Shown: piece by piece, positions 11,037 to 23,922 of the stretch | How the letters are laid out: each line of letters starts with the position of its first letter | Numbering within the stretch: the stretch's first letter is position 1 | From: a virus | Taxonomy: Duplodnaviria > Caudoviricetes | Direction: 5' to 3' (one strand) | Virus record (IMG/VR): IMGVR_UViG_3300028886_000002 | Coordinates: 1 to 64,000 of that record | Length of the DNA: 64,000 bases | The notes under the pieces: generated by a model | Seen by the model: the letters and a program-made list of their open reading frames with translations, nothing else | What the model was told of the DNA's origin: nothing | The model's database searches: none | Made by a program: the position numbers and the translations under genes

Positions 11037-14000
11037 ATGACAACTATACCTATTATAAACTTAAAAAATCGTGCTAATATAATATCCCCAAAAGGATCTT
11101 TAGTATATGATTATAACCCACTGAGAGTCTTTAAAATAGATTCTCCTAATATGGAATATTCTGATTATACTTTAGATGGCTGGGAGAATAAATTTCAAAA
11201 AGGTACATATATTATACTTTCTAATACTGGAAAGTATGATACCTTAGTGTCTGATGGTAGCTCATTAAGTATCTTAGGAGAAGAAGTATCTATTCCTTAT
11301 TTAAAGAATAATTATTTATGGAAAGAAGAAGACGGATTAGCAGTATTTGAGAAAAAATCAAAAAAGAATGGTAAAGGTTTAATAGATAATCTTGATACAC
11401 CTTTATTAAATTTTGATATAACCCGCCCTTTAACTATTGATGCACAAGACTCTTATGATGGTACTGTTAATTTAATATATAATGATAATTATTCTATCCC
11501 TAAGTTAATAAATACTAGATTTGCTACTATTGGTGATAATAAATATCAAATAGTAGATAGGGAAGGAGAGGATGATACAAATTTATATCCTTAGAATTCT
11601 TTTGAGAGTTCTATTGCTTTACAAAAAATAACTAAGGGGATTGTTAATATTGAATTTAGAGGAGTAAATGGAAATGGTAATTTACCAGTAGGTAATTATG
11701 TATTTTACTTTAAATTATCTGATGAGGACTAGAATCCTACTGATTTTATAGGAGAATCGTCAGTAGTAACTTGTCACAATGGTAATTTATTAGATCCCTT
11801 TTCTATAGAAGGTGGAGTAGAAGACTAGAATAGTCATAAACAAGTACATTTTGTATTAGAAAATATTGATTCAGCCTACAATAGAGTACTTGTATATTAT
11901 ACTAGAACTACCTCGTCTTCTACAGGAGTATTGCAAGTTGAACATAAAATGCTTGGAGAATCTTACGATGTTTATAATGGGTCAGCGAATATTACTATAA
12001 CTGGATATGAACCTACTTATGCTGTAGATGAGTCTGAAATTAATACATCTTACGAAATAGTGGGTAGTGCAAAAGCTTAGGCTATCTGTAATAATAGATT
12101 ATTCTTGGGGAATATCAAAAAACCTGAAATTAATAACAAGGCTTTAAAAAATCTGGCTTTACATTTTTATCCTCATATAGTATGTCAATCTATAGGGCAT
12201 GTTGATAATGATTATAATATTTCTTCTGGTTATGAAGGTATTTATCGTGGAGAATATTATAATACCAAAAATATTTACCATTATACAGGATACTGGAATG
12301 ATGAAATATATAGATTTGGTATTGTATTCATTATGAAGGATGGTTCTCTATCTCAAGTATTTAACATTAGAGGAAGATGTAATGTTACTTCAACTGAAGA
12401 AGAAAGTGATTCAAACAAAGTAAAAGAATTGAAACTGTACTCAAATGATAAAAACAAAGGTTAGCCTAACGACCCTGAAGTACTTGATCACATTTATGAA
12501 ATACCATATGATTTAGACCATTATACTATTAATAATGAAGCATATCTTGAGCCAGTAAATAATACAACTTTTACTGAATTAGAAAATACAAAAGGTGTTT
12601 TTAATATTAATTCTAGAGAACCTCAACTAACTTCTACTGACACATATGCTTATGGTATAAAAATTAGCGTAGATAATTCTGAAGTTATAAAAATACTATA
12701 GACTTTTACTAAAGGATACTTTATAGTTCGATAGAAAAGATTAGCAACTACATTATGCTAGGCTATTACTATAGGAACAGATAGAATTAGTCATCTACCT
12801 TTATTGCCAGTACCATAGGGTTACTTAACTGAGGGTTTCCTTGATTCTAATAGAGTTCTAAATAATTCTTTTCAATCAAGAACTATTATAGGAACAAATG
12901 CTATTCAAGGTTCGGCAGCTATTTGTCCAGAATATGAATTAAGACAAAATTACTTTAATCCTTTATTTACTTCAACTAACTATTCTGTACAATTAGCTCT
13001 TGATTAGTATGAAAACCAAACCTTAGACAGTTCTAATAACTATTTTTATCCTATAAATACTTATGTATAGTCTAATAAAGACTTTTAGGGTAAAGTCTAT
13101 ATACAAGCAGTTCCAGATTCTACAACGGCTATAAAGAATAAGTCTTTAGTTTATTCTTCTAAAGCTGGAGAAGCAGAGGAAGCTAAAAGATTTAGTTATG
13201 TGTTTAATAGAAGAAAAACTGAAAAGAACACATCTATAGCTAGAGGAGTATGGGGCCCTTATTTAGGATTAGAATCAACGCGAATTGGAGCTATAGAAAA
13301 CTTAAGAAGAGTAAATATAAAAATGCCAGACTATTCAAGTTCTAACATGGAAGATCTATTTCATATTCGTTACTAGGATTCTAGTCCATTTTATGCTGTT
13401 TCAGATAGAAAATCTTTTGATGAGTATAAAATTGATCCCGAAGATCCTAAAAAACTAGATATAGTCTTTAGAGGAGATTGCTATATATGTAACTTTACAC
13501 ATAGAATGGTTAGAAATTTCCAAGACCCTTCATTTCCAGTAAATGATGATATTCTTGACGCTGAAACCTGGAAAACTCATTATAAATTAAATAAAGGTGG
13601 TAAAAGTACTAATGAAAAAGATTCTACTATTACCTTTAAAATAGGTAGTGATGGTACTGTAAGTTCTGTTCCTAATGAGGATGTAGATATAGCAGAAACT
13701 GCCAAAATCAATAGAGGTGATGTAAATGCTGTTAAAATAGGACATTGGGTTACATTCAAGATAATGTCTAATTTTAACCTATCAATGAGAAGTGTAGATG
13801 AAACCCATATTGATGAGGCTGCTCTCACACATAAGGGAAGGACATTTTATCCTCTATATCCTATGAGTACAGAAGGTACAAATAAGATTCCAGAAGCCTT
13901 TATTATGAATGAAGGCTATGGTAGAACTACATCTGACCAACATAGACTATTAAGTAAAGATTTACCAACTGAAAGAACTGATTTTAGTACTAGAATAATG

Positions 14001-16094
14001 TACTCAGAACTAGGAGTAAATAACGCAATCTCTAATAATCTTAGAATTTTTAAATCTGGAAACCATAGAGATTACTCTACAAATTATGGTCAATTAGTCA
14101 AACTTGTGCCTCAAAATAGTTATTTAGTTTGTATCTTTGAACACGGCATAGGATTAATAGAAATTAATGAACGAGCTGCTATAAATCAGGCTAGTACAGA
14201 ACAAGTTTACATTAAATCTCTGAGTGTATTACCCGAAAAAATGTCTATGATTCATTTAGACTTTGGTAGCCAGTGGCCCGAAAGTGTTATTTCGACTCCT
14301 ACAGGTATTTATGGTGTAGATACAGTAGCTAAAGTAATTTGGAGATTAGATGTTGGGGGAGGATTTGAAACTTTGTCTGATTTTAAAGTTTAGAATTTCT
14401 TAAATAATAATATAACGTTTTCTCTTCATGAAACTTCTCCGATTGTAGGTATTAGAAATGTAAAAACTCACTATAATGCCTTTAAGAAAGATGTAATATT
14501 TACATTTTATGATGATATAAATACTATAGAAGATAAAGCCTGGAGTTTATGTTATAACGAAGATACAAATGTTAAAACATTTACAACTTTCTATTCTTGG
14601 CTGCCTTCTTACTCTGCTAATATTGATAATGTATTTTTTACTTTTGATAGACAAGCATCAAAAGAATTAGCTATGCTATATGACTATTAGGGAAAAATAA
14701 AATTATCTAGTGATGATGTTGATTATTCATATTCTGATTTACATCTTTTTAATAAAGATGCTGCTAGTATAGAGAATAGTAATATATGTAAAGCAAAGAT
14801 TACATATACTGGAGCTTTAGATTATGAATTAGCTATAGACAATAAATATATTTCTGATGAAATATTTAAGTTAAAAAAAGAAGATGGATATTATACATTG
14901 ACTTTATATGACAAGGGCTTAAATTCTGAAGTGTACCATATTCCTATTATTATAAGCGAGTATCAGACAGACAATAATGGACAAAGAATGATATTGAGGA
15001 AGTTAAACACTACTTTAATGATATGTACAGAATAGTACCGTACTAAATTATAGAATTATATATGGAAGCATGGTTAGGCAGGGCTAATGTAGTTGGATAC
15101 AGAAATAAAACCAACTAATTGGTATGGTAAGCAACATCCATTTGAATTTGAATTTGTAGTAAATAAGGATATTTATAGTCATAAAGTATTCGAAAACTTA
15201 ATTATTTTATCAAATAAAACAAAACCAGAGTCTTTACATTTTGAAGTTGTTGGAGAAGTTTATAACTTTGCAAAGGATAAATTAAATATGTTCTACCGTC
15301 AAGAGGCTACTAAACAGTTATATTAGTACTACGGTTATGATATTGCATATAATAAAGAATATCTTAAGTTAAATCCTGAACATAGATGGGATAAATATAG
15401 TGAGTATTTTGATAAATCTATAATATTCCCATTAAGGGTTACTAGACAAGATTCTTTAAATGAAATTTATGATTATTATCAAAGAGCAACTTCTAATTCC
15501 TTAGATTATCAATCTTTATCTGGGGCAGAAATTACCTATGATAAATTATTAAATGATTTTAATGTAAATGTCCATATTCCTGTATATCCTTTAGACGGAT
15601 ATGAAGAAGTTAAAATAACTGCTGACCAATATGAATACTATAAAAGAAAAAATGTACAGGTAAGAAAAGAAGGTAATGATTATTATAAATTAGTACCTTA
15701 TGGTAGAAGATTAGGAAATGCTGAATATGAAAGTGATAGATGGTTAATTCAAATTCCCTCTATAAATTATGTTGAAAAAAATGAGGAGGAATGGACTAAC
15801 AATGTTCCACCTTTAAACGTTTACTATAATCCTTTACCAGAAGACGGTCCTATTAATGGTTATATCGATAAGCCTGAGCAAACCAATCCTTTCCCTGACA
15901 AGGATATATTCATAAATAATAATGGTATTTCTTTATATAAATATGATAATATAAATCAGATAAAATCTGATAATTGGGGAAATTATAAATAGACTAGATT
16001 AAGGGATAAATATATGAAGATAAAAGTTAGATATGATGGAGAAGACCTGGCTGTTATTGCAGCTATTATAACTCTATTTTAGAAAAGCACTTAA
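11037..16094 (+). CDS. Muzzle / tail-stabilisation protein (~1685 aa, P22 gp10-like role inferred)
   Basis: ORFs 11037, 12105, 13506 and 15093 are in frame. Motifs NRLFLGN, GYWNDEIYRFGIVF, FRGDCYI, FGSQWPESVI, FTTFYSWLP and C-terminal RLRDKYMKIKVRY. TAA at 16092-16094. Confidence 0.75.
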
Positions 16095-16104
16095 AAAATA
16101 AATT

Positions 16105-17229
16105 ATGACAAATACAAACGGAGGATCAGCTATTAATGACGCAACAAAAAATTTAGGATCCAACATGCAGAAATTTGGCATGATTGCTGATGCTATTGGA
16201 AGTTTTATTCCACAAAACTATAATATGGGAAAGTATGGAAAGGGTAAACTAGCAAGCTAGTTAGACAGTACCTACGATACTTTATCTAATACAGCCATGT
16301 CCCTAGGTCCCTATGGAATGATAGCAGGAGGAATTATGAAAGGAGCTGGTCTTCTTAATAAAGGATTAGCAGCAATTGGTGGTGGGACTGATTAGATGAC
16401 TACCACTGATGCTATTATGAATAGTAATTTTTTAGGCTGGACTCCTTTAGGAATGATTAATGGTTTTTTTGGCTCTAAAGCTAATACCTACAATAGAGAT
16501 GACGAAATTGATGCTAACTCTGGAGGTTCTTATCAAGGCTTTCTTAGTGCAGAGGATGAAGCAGTTGAAAAGGCTGGTAAAAAATATGGTCTTTTTTCTA
16601 GAGGAGCACTAAATAAAGCAAATGAATTAATTGATAATGTATCTGTATAGCAGATACAATTAGGAGCAATTGAAGACACTAATAAATTAAATCAGAATAT
16701 TGCCCAGAATAATACTCCATTTGTAGCTATGCGTTCTTAGATTGCCAATGATGGAGGACTACAATATGCTAGAATAGGAAAGGAAGGTATGACTTTTGAT
16801 AAAGCAATGAGGTTTGCAAAACATGTATTATAGCGAAAACCAGTTAGAAAGTTAGAAAAAGGAAATAAGAATAGTGTAGTAAAAAAGAATACTAACTATT
16901 CTCTTCCAGAATTGCCTTTACTAAAACAAGGAGGCTCTTTTAATGTAATTCCAGATGGTTCTCTTCATAAAAATAAGCATCATCTTGATGAAATCGATGA
17001 GAAATTTGAGGACGTTACAACAAAAGGCATACCAGTTATTACAGAAAAAAATGGAGAAGTAATATAGCACGCTGAAGTAGAAAAGGAAGAAATAATCTTT
17101 AGACTAGAAACAACTAAAAAAATTGAAGAGCTAATGAAAGAAGGTACTGACGAAGCAGCTATTGAAGCTGGTAAACTTCTTGTTAAAGAGATTTTACATA
17201 ATACTAAAGACAACGCTAATATTATATAA
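16105..17229 (+). CDS. Putative internal virion cargo protein (374 aa) with Gly-rich hydrophobic N-terminal helices
   Basis: ATG 16105 is in frame with ORF 16396. Contains LGPYGMIAGGIMKGAG, LKQGG and GSLH..GIPV..HAEVEKEE. TAA at 17227-17229. Confidence 0.65.
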
Positions 17230-17231
17230 TT

Positions 17232-18182
17232 ATGTCAAATAAAACTAAAATTTACTCTAAAGACAGCAAATAGAAAAAAGAAGTAGATAGTGCTCGTTAG
17301 TATAATATAAATTGGGCTAAGAAAAGGAAAGCTTTACTTAGAAAAAACTGGCAAGAAATGAATAATACTTATTATTGGGCTATTCCTACATTTTATCCTT
17401 TAAGCTAGTTAGATTATAATGTAGATAATTATATAAATAATAGAATTAGAGGTACTTAGAGTGCTCCTGTATATGGGTATGGAGAAGCTTATATGTGGAG
17501 TAACCCTGATAGTACTTACACAAAAAAAGCTAAAGCATATAAATAGAGGGAAAAAGTAGATGCTGATACGGCATTTGATCTTGCAAACGGTCTTAATGGT
17601 TTATCATACACAGATAAATTTGGTAGAAAGGCTCTATATCTTAAACAAGGTAGAAGTGGTTCAGCGGCACATGAATTATGGCATGTTGGAACAGGAGCTG
17701 CAGGATTTAATCCTTATGAAGCATCTGTATATAAAAAGAACCCACAACATTTTGCAACAGTAAAATATTTAAAGCAAGATCCATATATACAAAATTTAAT
17801 TCGTACAAAACAACTTAATTGGGATAAACCTCTTACTAAAGCTACTGCTGATAATTAGAGTTATGTATGGAATCCAGACGAAGTTTTAGCTAGAAGAGCA
17901 TCTCTAATGCATTATTTAAATTGGGACCCAACTAAGAAAGCTACTCTAAAAGATGTACAAAGATGGAGAAAACAAGGGTTATTAGAATGGAATAAAAATA
18001 TTGAAAATAATCCTACATTTTATAATACTCCAAATGTTAATTTATATTAGCTTTCTGATCAAACTATTTTACATCTTATAAATGACGTAGCACTCAATAA
18101 TACTCCATCTCAAGATATTTATTAGGCTAATGATGTGCAATATGCCCGAAAAGGAGGATTAATAAAGAAATCTAAAAAATAA
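17232..18182 (+). CDS. Zincin-like metallopeptidase (316 aa, HExxH), putative virion cargo; absent from ORF track
   Basis: Fully translated by hand with TAG=Gln. AAHELWH at ~17664-17684, downstream YVWNPDEVLAR, C-terminal YARKGGLIKKSKK then TAA. Confidence 0.7.
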
Positions 18183-18186
18183 AACC

Positions 18187-18843
18187 ATGCCACAGGAAGA
18201 AATAACACTTGCAAAAGATGGAACTACTGTAGAAAAAATAGATAATGAAACTTCCAATTAGATAGATATAGAAATTGGAAATAAAAAATATACAGTACAA
18301 CTTGCAAAAACAGAAAAAGAAAAAGAGAAAGGTTTAATGGGTAAACAATCTTTACCAAATAATGAAGGAATGTTATTTATATATGATGAGCCTCAAACAG
18401 TTGGTTTTTGGATGAAAGACACTCATATACCTTTAGATATTATCTTTATTGATGAAGATTGTGAAGTTATTTCTATTTATAAAGCTAAACCATTAGATAA
18501 AACTATTGTCGAAGAAGATAATGTAAAGTATGTATTAGAAGTAAATCAAGGTTCTGATATAAAAGAAGGGGATGAATTAGAGTATGATGAAGATCCTGAC
18601 GAGGATTTGCCTACTATGAAAGTTATAGGACCAAACGGTGAAACACAAATGGAACTTGAAGGTGGAGAAAGAATATTTAGTAGGAAAAATACTAGAACCT
18701 TAATTAGAATGGCAAAAAGAGCCGAAGAATCTAACTCTGATACAGACTATAAACGATTGGGTAAAAAAATATTCAAATATATCGAAATACAAGATAATAG
18801 AGAGCCAGAGTATGTAGAGTTAAAAACTGACTCCGATGATTAA
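18187..18843 (+). CDS. DUF192-domain protein with C-terminal extension; single TAG at codon 25
   Basis: LAKTEKEKEKGLM..GMLFIY..FWMKDTHIPLDIIFID..YVLEVNQG. Confidence 0.8.
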
Positions 18844-18883
18844 TAATTATTATTAATTATTTTACTATAAAAATAATTTTTTA

Positions 18884-18891
18884 TAAATTTG
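18884..18891 (+). promoter_or_regulatory. Putative Bacteroidota -7 promoter element
   Basis: TAAATTTG (TAnnTTTG) in an AT-rich gap 31 nt upstream of the 18923 ATG; no perfect -33 TTTG. Confidence 0.5.
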
Positions 18892-18922
18892 TAGCAGTTT
18901 AACTGTTAAACATTATTTTATT

Positions 18923-19228
18923 ATGAGAATTGTAAGCAAATACAGAAAATTTCAAGACGGCGGAGCTATGCCTCCTGAAGGCGCTCCAGCTGAAGCTCCT
19001 GTAGAAGGAGCACCTGCCCCTGAACAAGGTGGCGATCCTTTAACACAAATCTTACAAGTTGCAGCTATGGCTTTGCAAAATCAAGATTGTGAAGCAGCTA
19101 TGGCAGTATGTCAAGCTTTTATTGAATTAGCTCAAGGTGGTCCTCAAGGTGGTGCTCCAGCACCAGCACCAGAAGGTGAACCTACATTTGCTAGATATGG
19201 AGCTAAACTCGTAAGGGTTAGAAGATAA
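18923..19228 (+). CDS. Small Pro/Ala/Gly-rich protein (101 aa), TAG-free
   Basis: Complete ORF in standard code. KFQDGG near the N-terminus and FARYGAKL near the C-terminus. All 9 Gln codons are CAA. Confidence 0.8.
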   Translation: MRIVSKYRKFQDGGAMPPEGAPAEAPVEGAPAPEQGGDPLTQILQVAAMALQNQDCEAAMAVCQAFIELAQGGPQGGAPAPAPEGEPTFARYGAKLVRVRR

Positions 19229-19250
19229 ACTTAACTTTAAGGTTTATAAT

Positions 19251-19287
19251 AGGGGCTTATATATTTAGTTATAAGTCCCTTTTATTT
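19251..19287 (+). terminator. Rho-independent terminator
   Basis: AGGGGCTTATA...TATAAGTCCCT stem followed by TTTATTT. Confidence 0.7.
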
Positions 19288-19301
19288 AATTTATAGTAAC
19301 T

Positions 19302-22300
19302 ATGGCATAGGTAATAAAAAAATATAAAGAAGGAAGTAATATATCAACTAAAAAAGAAACTTCTAAGAAAGAATCTTCTAGTGAAGCTAAAACTACGGAA
19401 GAACCAGTAGAAGCCGTAGCAGCTACTTAGGCAGAACAAACCCCTTAGACTCAAGTAGAAGATAACTATACTATACATTATAACGATAAAGAATACGACC
19501 CTGTTTGGATAAGGGACTATATAGAAAAAAATGTTAATACTTTTATTAACAATGAAAATATGACATAGGGACAAGCAGAAAAGTTTAGAAACACTATTAA
19601 AGATGTTATATTACCTAGCATAGATGCTAAAGTTTTAGACTTTTCAGACCCTTATACTTTAAATGTCCCTATAGATAATTCTAGTGATGGGTACTATAAT
19701 AAAGCTGGTTCAGGAATATTTAGTTATGATATAACTGATGATAATAAAGCTGGAATGATTGCTGCTACTAGATATTTACGTTCTTTATTAAGTTCTCCAG
19801 ATGCAATAGCTAAAAAACCAAAAGAAGCCTATAATGGTGACAAAGTTCTAATTAAAGCACTTGCTGAAAAATTAGGAAATGGAAGTGCTACAGCATTTAA
19901 GTCTGTATGGGAAGCTTATACTCCAAAAGAGCGTAGAAAAGCTTTACAGGAAGTTTTAGGGAGTTTGGATTACGATAATATATTTAAACTTTACAATTTT
20001 GATGAAACTAATACTAAAGATGCTGCTGCATTACGCCTGGCAGTAACCAATTTACAGGAGGCTTTGAAAAATGATAAAGCCAAAGACGATAAATTAGAAT
20101 CTTCTACATTTGCTGCTGCTGGCAAAGTAGGCATTAGTTTATTAAAATCTCTTCTTTATGGAGAAGAAAAACCACAAGCTCCTGCTACTCCAATAGGAGC
20201 TGAAGGTGGGACTGGCACTGGAACTGGAACGAACACAGGAACAGAAACTAATACGGAACAAGGAATTTCTTAGCAAGATGTACAAGCTGTTAATAATGTA
20301 AATTCTATTTTTAATGAAATGGAAGGAGGCACATCTTCTTAGGAAATTCAAGTTGAATAGGATAGCAAGTATGTAAGAAACCCAGATTCAGAATATACAA
20401 ATTCTGGAGTATAGTTATAGAAAGATATCGATGATCTTAATAAAAATCCATTAAAAGTTGGTGGCAAAGAGTATAGGTACGGGGATTTAATAGAATATAC
20501 TAATAAATATATATTTAAAAACTTAGTAAACGGTAATCTACGTACAACAGATTCTAGTTCATGGAAACCAGTAGATAGAAAAGCTATTAAGTTATATTTC
20601 TATACTTTACAGCAACAGAATCCAGGAGCTTAGTTTGTATATGCATATTATGATCCTGAGACTAAAAAAGTAATTGTTGCAGATATTAAAAATAATAAAT
20701 TTATTGTTGGAGGTATTAATATAGATCAAATGTACGCTTCTCCTGAAGGAAAGAAAGTTATTGATAAAATACTAAGTGATAATAATTTGAGTTATGATAA
20801 ATATCTACAAATAATGAATAGTGTATCTTCTAATAAAAAAGGCGGCACATTAAGGCGTAAATACTTAGAAGGCGGTAAAGCTGCAGAATATGCTAAACAA
20901 ATTAAAGAAGGTATAAGTGCTGATAATGCTAGTAAAATGCCTAAGGGCATGGACCCAAAAGTATGGGAAGCACAAAACACTCTAATGTCTGATGGAGAAA
21001 ATGTAAATCTTACACCAGCAGATTATACTAGAATGGCTGGTCTTGCGCAGGACATTATAGCTTTAGGAGCTTCTTTTGGTGTTGGTGCTGGTTCATTAGT
21101 GGCAGGTGGTTTAGGAGTAACAAGTGCTCTTACCGATATGGCTGCAGATATAATGGATGACGGAGTTAGTGGCTGGGATGTAGCAAAAAATTTAGTCACT
21201 AATTTAGGATTAGCAGCTTTTGGGGCACTTCTTGGAGGAAAAATAGGTTCTATAGGGGCTAAATTAGCTAAATTAGGGCCTAAGCTCGTAACATATGTGG
21301 CTTTGGGAGCAGGAAGTTTTGCTGCTTAGGATGCTTGGGGTGTGATACAAAAAGGAAATACTATAGGATGGAACAATCTTTCAAAAGATGATTGGACTAA
21401 ATTAATTAGAGTTTTACAAGTAGCAGCAGGAGGTAAAACTGCTCATAATCTAGCTAAGGGAAGAGCGAAAGCTTTAAACATTACTAACACTAATACAGCT
21501 AAGCCAACTTCTGTAACTATTAAAGGTAATTTTAAAAAACCTGCTGGTAATGATACTAATGGGGTATTTAAGAGTAATAAAGAACTTAAATTTGATCTTA
21601 ATAATCCAGAACATGTAAAACACTGGCAAGCTTTACAAGGCAAAAAAACTAATACTGAACGTGTAGCATACTTGAAAGAAAAAGGACTTATATCTAAGGA
21701 AGCAGGACAAAACATACGAAGAGCTAGAGCATACTCTTTACAAAATCCAGAAAACGGTCGTTTGAGGAAAGGTTATAATCTATTTGCTGGTGACAAAACT
21801 GCAATGGCTAGAACAGAAGAAGGACGTCTTCTCAATTGGAATGAATATAAAGCTGCCAATACAGAATGGTCGCAAGGTATCACAGGAAGAGAAGGTCGTG
21901 CTCAATTAAGAGGATATTTGGATGCTTTATCTAGAGAAAATCCTGCAGAATATTTAACAGCTATACGTGAAATAAATAGTACTTTAAGACCAAATAGAAG
22001 AAAATTCTTACAGTATCTTGACGAACTTCCTGCAAAATTAGTGCAAAAATTAAATCCTAGATTTTATGGATATCCTAATGATTAGCCTACTACTCCTACT
22101 GGAAGTAGAATACTATCTACTGACCGCTTATTGTTACCTCAATATGCAGAATCTGTTCCAATAAGTAACAGAATTGTTTATGTAAGTCCTAGTGGTTAGG
22201 CAGTTATGAGAAAACAAGGAGGCATTCTGTCTTCAGATGTTCAATTTGCTAAGCAAGTATTATCATATAAGACAGGCGGTAAACCTTCTAATCGTAAATC

Positions 22301-23921
22301 TTCTACTAAGCGTCCAGTAATTGATTATTCTACTATACTTAATTCTCCAGAGTATAAAAAAGCCTGGGAAACAATATTAGATGAATTAGACAAGAATCCT
22401 AATTCCGATATATTAAAATAGCTAAATGACCTCTAGAACTCCTGGGTAACTAATAGCAATGCTTTATTTGGAAGTGCAGGATATACTGGAACAGTTAAAA
22501 AAGGTAACGGTGCAGTTACTTCTCGTAGAAAGATATTTAATAATACCACACTTGGTAAAGCTATAAATACTATTATAAAAGCTAATGATGGTTTAGATGA
22601 TTATTTTGGTCCCTTAGAAAATACTAGACATTTTGGTAAGAAAGAACATCTTTCTTAGGTATCTAAGATAGTAGAGGATTTAATAGCAGAAGGACAAAAA
22701 AATAATAAATATAAAAATCTAAAATCACTTAAAGTAGTTGATAATAATGGTGTGTTAGGGTTTCAATTAAATACTTCTGGTGATGCAAGTACTAATACTT
22801 CAACTAATACTGGTGATGCAACAGTAGTTAAAGGTCAAACAGGCTCTGGAACATCAGTTGATGTTGGTACACCTTTAGCAACAAAAAGTAATAAAAAGGT
22901 TAATATAAACCTTCCTTAGTTGTATGCTGATATTAGGTATAAGGATAGCGTAAATGCTCAGAAACGTATAAATGATTTATATCATACTTATAAAATAGGA
23001 TTTGAGGATCCAACAAGGCAATCATTTATATATAATGATAACTATTCTCCTATTAAGAATATGGAGTAGCAAGCAGCTTCTAATCTTAGTACAATACAAA
23101 GAACAGCTTCCTCAACTGATCAATCTGTAAACAACGCTGCTCTATTAGAAGGCATTAGAACAAATAATAAGGCATTAGCAGATGCACGAGTTCAAGCAGA
23201 TGCTAATATCAGAGAAAATAATAAGCTGAATCAAGCTATTGCAGACGCTAATGCAAAAGAAGCTGTTGAAACAGCAAATGCAAACCGTGAAAAACTTAAT
23301 AAGTTTAATAATCAGATGATAGATATTGATGTTTCTAACGCTCTAGCTTTACATAATAGTAAAGATCGATACTTAGCTGAGCAACAGCAACTTGCTACTC
23401 AGAAACAAATGCTTGCTAATGCAATGGATTACAGTAAATACACTGAAGCTCAAAATGCTCAAGTATTCCATGAACAGTCCGAACTTGCTAAATTGGAAAG
23501 AAAAGAACTTGCTGATTTGGCTGAAAGACTTAAAGCATCAGGAAAAACTGGAGATGAAATTTATAATGATCCAGAATTTATAGCACTTTCTAATTCATTC
23601 TAGAAACAAATGCATGAAATAGTATCTAGACATAGAATGAATAGTGCTGACTATTTAGGTTCATTAATATCATTTAATCCTTATACTTGGGTAAGACCTG
23701 ATAATGTGACATTTGATGTTTCTTATACACCTTCGTTCAAATCAAGTGCTACTAAAAATAAAAAAGTAACAGTTGGAAAAAGAGGACTTAAATTAAGCAA
23801 AGGTGGTGAAGCTAAATATTCATATGACAAAGCAAAAGAAGCATATTTGAAATTCTTAAGAGATGATTATAAATAGGTAAGTAAACGCAATGCAAAAGTA
23901 TTGCATGGTCAATATAAGTAA
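19302..23921 (+). CDS. Large virion cargo/ejection protein (~1539 aa) with a hydrophobic Gly/Ala helical segment and Gln/Ala coiled-coil
   Basis: Starts MA[Q]VIKKYKEG. ORFs 19755, 20730, 21342, 22206, 23316 and 23610 are all in frame. Membrane-like helices at ~21050-21325. TAA at 23919-23921. Confidence 0.75.
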
Positions 23922-23922
23922 T

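Noticed and set aside
20200-20265. GGNACN-like tandem repeat as a DNA-level element
   Set aside because: It is explained by a Gly-Thr linker in the coding frame.
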